Assembly: GCA_964016885.1 (NCBI GenBank)
Contig: OZ024740.1
Coordinates: 31,000,001-31,064,000, forward strand
DNA: 64,000 bases
Reading direction: 5' to 3'
From: Eledone cirrhosa
Taxonomy: Eukaryota
The notes below the pieces were generated by a model. That model had not been told where the DNA came from and searched no databases. It saw only the letters and a list, made by a program, of their open reading frames with translations. Both the position numbers and the translations under genes were made by a program. Shown here piece by piece: positions 55,130 to 64,000 of the stretch (its first letter is position 1; the number at the start of each line of letters is the position of its first letter).

Positions 55130-56250
55130 GGTTTTTAATTTTGGCACAAGGCCAACAATGTTTGAGGAAAAGAAAAGTTGATTAAATCATCCTCAATACT
55201 TGACTGGTACTGTATTTTTTATCAACCCTGGGAGGATGAAAGGCAAAGTTTTTCTGACCTCAGTGGGATTTGAAAATACTGCAAAACAATTTGACATATG
55301 TTCTAACAATTCTGTCAAACCACCACCCTTAAATACCAGCTCAGCACTGATTTTTAATTTAGGCTCAGGACCAGCAAAGATGGGAGGACAAAATTGATTA
55401 AATCAACCCCAGAAAAGCGAAAGACAAAGTTGACCTCTGGAGGATTTGAACTAGCTTAATAATTGTTTCTACTTTAGGCACAAGGCCAACAATAACCCAG
55501 TGCGTTACTGGTACTTTATTTTATCGACCCCGTAAGGATGAAAGGCAAAGTCAACCTCGGCAGGATTTGAACTCAGATCGTAAAGGGACATAACTATGCT
55601 GGAAAGCATGGCGTCCCGACCCTCTACCGATACTGCCAATCCACCGCGTCCGACCCTCTAATAATGATTTATAATTATACCAACCCCAGTACTTGACTAG
55701 TACTTTATTTTATTAAGCTCGGAAGGATAAAAGACAAAGTTGACTTTTGCAAGATTTGAACTCAGGATGTAAAGAGCTGAAATAAATACCTTAAAGCATT
55801 TCCCTGACTCTCTCATTATTCTGCCTATAGACCCCCCCCACACCAGCTTGTTTCTAATATAAGCACAAAGCTAATAATTTGGGGGAAAGAAAAAAAATCA
55901 AATAAATCAAACCAGTATTTTACCACTACTTTGTTTTATCAATGTCAGTGGGCTTTGAACTCAGAACACATAAGGGCTGTAGCTAAATGTTGTAAAGCAT
56001 TTTGTCTGATGCTCTAACAATCCACCAGTTTAATAATTGTTTCTACTTTAGGCACAAGGCCAACAATTTTATGGGGAGGGGAAATTCAAATAAACTCCAG
56101 TGCATTACTGGTACTTTATTTTATCGACTCCATAAGGATGAAATGTAAAGCTAACCTCAGCGGGATTCGAAGTCAGAACGTAAAGGGCCATAACTCTATG
56201 CTGCAAAGCATGGTATCTGACACTACTGATACTGCCAATCAACTGCCCTC
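55130..56250 (-). mobile_element. Tandem cluster of about six SINE family A copies of differing age
   Basis: Repeated ggcacaaggcc...actggtacttt...gatttgaactcag units, all in the same orientation. Confidence 0.7.
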
Positions 56251-58317
56251 ACCAGCTTAATAATTATTTAAAAAAAAGAATATTTAATAACTCACACCTA
56301 CACACCTTTTTTTTTTTTCTGCCTACAATAGACTGGCTTCCTCTCAACTTGTTAATTGCATGCCACCTCCACCCATCTTTACTTGCACTTCCTCACTAAA
56401 ATACAATCCTTTATCTACCTGTGCCAATGATTTAATCTTCAAAGGCCTGTGAAGGCGTAAAAAATGAAAATTTAGCTCTCCCCCCAAAAAATAAAACAAT
56501 TAGTCTCTACATAATTACTCAATGTTAAACATTTCATATCCCATGTACTTCCTTAACACTTTTATCTCAATTAATGAATTTTGAGAGATTCACTAAAATT
56601 CTTTTTTTAGTAAGATAGTAATTTAGTAAATTGTTCTTATATTGTTGGAAGATTTTAATTTAAATAGGAACCCTTTCAAATGATGGTTTTGTTTCATAGT
56701 ATCAGAGCCAGTTTGATATCAAGAGTTAGACATGTGATGTCACATACATACACACAAATGTATTTAAAATGTCACTCAGTATGACCCATTCAATTACTAA
56801 ATGCAAAAGACTGCATTTCCTTGGCAGCTTTTGCAGGCCTTTTCCACCTGACTTTTAGGGTACCAAATTGTTATATAAACTAGAAAAATACTAAAATCTA
56901 GTTGTACATTTTCCTGACAAACCATTGTCAGCAGGTGTCCTGCCTGACAAATATATTTTTACATGTATGACACCACAAATTTATTCAAACTGATATATTT
57001 TCCTTGAGACTAAAAAATGCTTTGAATGACTTTAAATAACATCAATTGTGGCTGTTATTTATTGTTCTACATAAAACATAATGAAAAACATTAAAGCAAG
57101 CTGTTCCCATAAACATTGTTTGATCAGTTTCATCATTTTTCATACACCTTAACCCACATAAAAATATTCCCATTTTGTTGAACACTGCTTTTGATCTTAA
57201 ACCTGCTCGATCTTAGTTCTTTAAAACAAAATATATATAAAATACTCTTAATGCTTTCAATTTTCTAAGAAAAATACTTAACATATATACTCGAATGTAA
57301 GCTTCTGACAGAAATTTTTTGAGGTTGGTGTTAGGAAGGGCATCCAGCTGTAGAAATCAAGCCAGAATCAGTTCCCGTCCAACCCTTGCAAGCAGGGAAA
57401 AGCGGACGTAAAAAATGAAATGAAAATGAATGAAATGAAGCTAACCTTTTTTTTTTGTCTGAGAAATCGGCAAAATTCCTAACCCCATATAAAAGCGAAA
57501 GCAGCTAATCAACACATTGTTTAGTGTATATGTGCCAACCCCACCATTTTACCATCAATATTTTTGGTCACATATTCCTTGGCTTATATTCAAGTATATA
57601 CAGTGCATACCCTGATTTATGTTAAGCACTTTCAAGTAAAAATTAAAACACTTGGCATGTAGGTGTTTTAATTGACTATATTGATTTCCAGTGAATTATT
57701 ACATTCAGATACTGCTGACCCTTAAGAGAAGGAACATCCTGTGAAATCTTATGTATGTATAGACCTGTAACTCCTGGAGTTGTAGGGGTGCCAAGCATGA
57801 CATACAGTTTAACTTGGGCACTTTAACCCTTTAACATTCACATTACTCTATATTTACTATTGTATCGAGAACAATACCTTAACATCAGTATGAGTGGCTG
57901 ATTTGAACAGAAAGAGGTGATAGAATTCTGGCTGGATACAGCTGGTTTAAATGTTAAAGGGTTAAACCTGGTGGAATCCCTCCTAGATAACCAATTTCTT
58001 TCAGAAAAGGAAAGAGAACGAGTGAAAAAGAGGAAGAGCCAACCTCAGAACTGGACTAGTACTTTTTTTTTAAATCAACTTCAAAAGAATGAAAGAAAAA
58101 GTTGAGGATTTGAACTGAGGGAGTCAGCAAAAATACTGCAAAACATTCTGCCACTAATTCCTTACCTTGTGAAATTTACAAATCTAAATGATGGTTTATC
58201 AATAAATAGGTCTATTTAATTTTTCTTATTTCTCTGCACATAGCTGGCTATAGTTGACAACTGAGCCTTTTTTGTCTTATCACTGGTGGTAGATAACCTG
58301 CATCAGTAGAATATTGA

Positions 58318-58650
58318 TCATTTTCATCATTTTACATCCACTTTTCCCTGCTTGCAAGGGTGGGATGGGAACTGATTCTGGCTCGATTTCTACAGCTGGA
58401 TGCCCTTCCTAACACCAACCTCATTTACAGTCAGTGCTGGGTGTTTTTTTTTTTCCGTGGCACCTACACGTCCACTTTGCAGTAGAATGATAGGGACCCC
58501 AGTCCTATCATCTCATTTCTACAGCTGAGTAAACTGGAGCAATGTGAAATAAAGTGTCTTGCTCAAGGAAACACATCACCCGGTCTGAGAATTGAACTCA
58601 CCTTTCGATTGCAAGGCCAATGCTCTAACCACTAAGCCATGTGCCTCCAT
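58318..58650 (-). mobile_element. SINE family B, full length
   Basis: tRNA-like head, CORE-like domain, GGCATCC motif and RTE-B 3' tail with (ATG)n. Confidence 0.8.
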
Positions 58651-59699
58651 ATAAATCAGTTTTACGTTATCTACATTGGCATGGGTTGTCACATTAAGAG
58701 ACTTGATGTGGCAGATGACCACATCTTGCTCATATTCCAGTTTGGCATAGTTTCTATAGCTAGATGTCCTCCCTAATGCAAACCACTTTACAAAATTGGC
58801 TGGGTGCATTTTATTGTAGCATCAGTGAAATCATCTGCAGAGTGCACCAACTGCTTTCTAGTGTCAACACTAAAGCAATCATTGGGAGAGATGAGAGTAT
58901 GGCAGCTACTTGAAGCTTACTGAGAGAGAACCATCACATAAGGAGGAAAGGATGTGCCAGCTATCATGAGACAGGGTGATCAATAGATCAGTGCATTGTA
59001 TGGGGAAAGGAAGAAAGATGAAAAGAGTGATAGGTAGATACAAGCCCAAGATGCTTTTGCATGGACATTATCATACTAAAACAGCAAGGATGGGGGAATC
59101 AAGATAAGGCACTTAAATACCCTTATAACTCGGCCTTTACACTATAATCTTTCCTATGCACATCTCAACCTGCTTGAAGGTAGAGTGAGGTCAGGTCTTT
59201 TGAACTAAGACAAATCACCAGCCAACTCAATCTTGTTTTATCTCTTCAATGAGATCAGACTTCAATCTCATTTTCTTAGGTCTTGACTTCTTTTAACTGA
59301 GTACCCTGCACTTCTTTATGTAACAAGTCAATACAGCTTCCTCTCTTGTACACTACATCCAATCCCGCTTTTGCCCAATTTTTCTATTACACATCTAGAA
59401 GGAAGTGCTTGTCTCATTCACATCTTTCCAATCCTTGAATACATTAGAACCAATTGAAGCTAACCTGGTACAATTAGATCATTGATCATGTCTGCCTAAT
59501 CAGGCCAGGCTTACCTGAGATTAAACAAAAAGTATAATAGCTTTGCAGGAAATTTAGCCATGCACCTTGCGACAGTCTACAAAACAAGTAATTTTTTGGC
59601 TAGCTAAAAACCAAGAGGATTGACTAGTGCAATAAACAAAACACTGAAGTACTGTTTACTGCATGCAGTTTGCTGTTAAAGATCTATGAAAAATATATT

Positions 59700-63244
<3,545 letters not shown>

Positions 63245-63639
63245 TTACTTTTTATCTAAATTGGTCTTTTCAGATTTTGTGTCTTTTGTTGAACCACCAC
63301 CACTGCCACCACCAGCAGTAGCACACTGGGGATTACTCATTACATCTCTTTTGGCATCTGAAGATTGGACCTGCTTCATAGTTGGCTTCTTTTGTGGATT
63401 TAAAAAATTTTGGGCATGTTTCAAAACTTCATTTCGTTCCCTAGCCTGCTGAGCCTTAAAGTTGCGACCAGAGCGTTGTCCAGAATAAAGTTGAGGTGCT
63501 TGTTGTACAGGAGGCGGAGACTGAACTGCGGTCAATTGTTGCATTTGAACATTAGGAGGTCTCTGAATAGGAGAGGAATAGCTGGCTCTTGGATGAGGAT
63601 TATTGGACCGGATCATATTACCAACCATTTGCCGAACAA
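63245..63639 (-). CDS. PRRC2C: Terminal coding exon of a host gene, probably PRRC2/BAT2-like
   Basis: Polypyrimidine tract and acceptor (ttttttttacag) end at 63640, followed by an open frame to TAA at 63245. Peptides SYSSPIQRPP and FKAQQARERNEVLKHAQNFL resemble, from memory, the PRRC2C C-terminal motifs FPAPVQRPP and KAKQRAEVLQSTQRFF. Not verified by search. Confidence 0.6.
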
Positions 63640-64000
63640 CTGTAAAAAAAAACAAAAAACAATTAAAATTAAAAATACATTTTGAAAGGATTAAGAAAAT
63701 CCTTTCATTACTATTTCTTGGCTAAAACGTGTTTCAATTAAATTTAAACTGGTTTTGTAAAGCAGAATTTGCTTTATTTAATCAATGGAATTTGTTTCAA
63801 AAATACTCTAATTACAAATAAAATTAGTAAAATATAAAGACATCTAAGTTTGCTTTAAATATCATCATGAAATACCAGACAATAAATAATTATATAACCT
63901 AATAAATGTCCAATATATATTTAGGCCAAAATTTCCTAACTTTGAATTTTTTCATTTTACTAGAGATTATCTATTCTAAATAACACTAAAATTAGAATTA

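Overview
Repeat-dense, AT-rich eukaryotic DNA. The repeat content suggests a cephalopod such as an octopus (inference). About 59 kb is a patchwork of transposable elements: two young RTE-clade LINE families plus older relics, a decayed Tx1/L1-clade LINE, CR1 fragments, a DD37D (maT) Tc1/mariner element, TTAA-flanked piggyBac-type MITEs, two tRNA-derived SINE families, a Penelope-like element (PLE) with GIY-YIG endonuclease, a 34-bp satellite and many (TA)n tracts. The only host coding sequence found is a terminal exon on the minus strand (63245-63639) resembling the C-terminus of PRRC2/BAT2-like proteins. The main hidden structure is a set of more than a dozen type I hammerhead ribozyme (HHR) motifs from several distinct sequence families. 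Most sit in short, ORF-less cassettes next to (TA)n, many arranged as fold-backs carrying an HHR on each strand, with inversion points clustered at the ribozyme. HHRs in PLEs are established knowledge. Their density, bipolar fold-back arrangement and recurrent non-canonical core positions are what merit testing. All folds were paired by eye and no activity is demonstrated.
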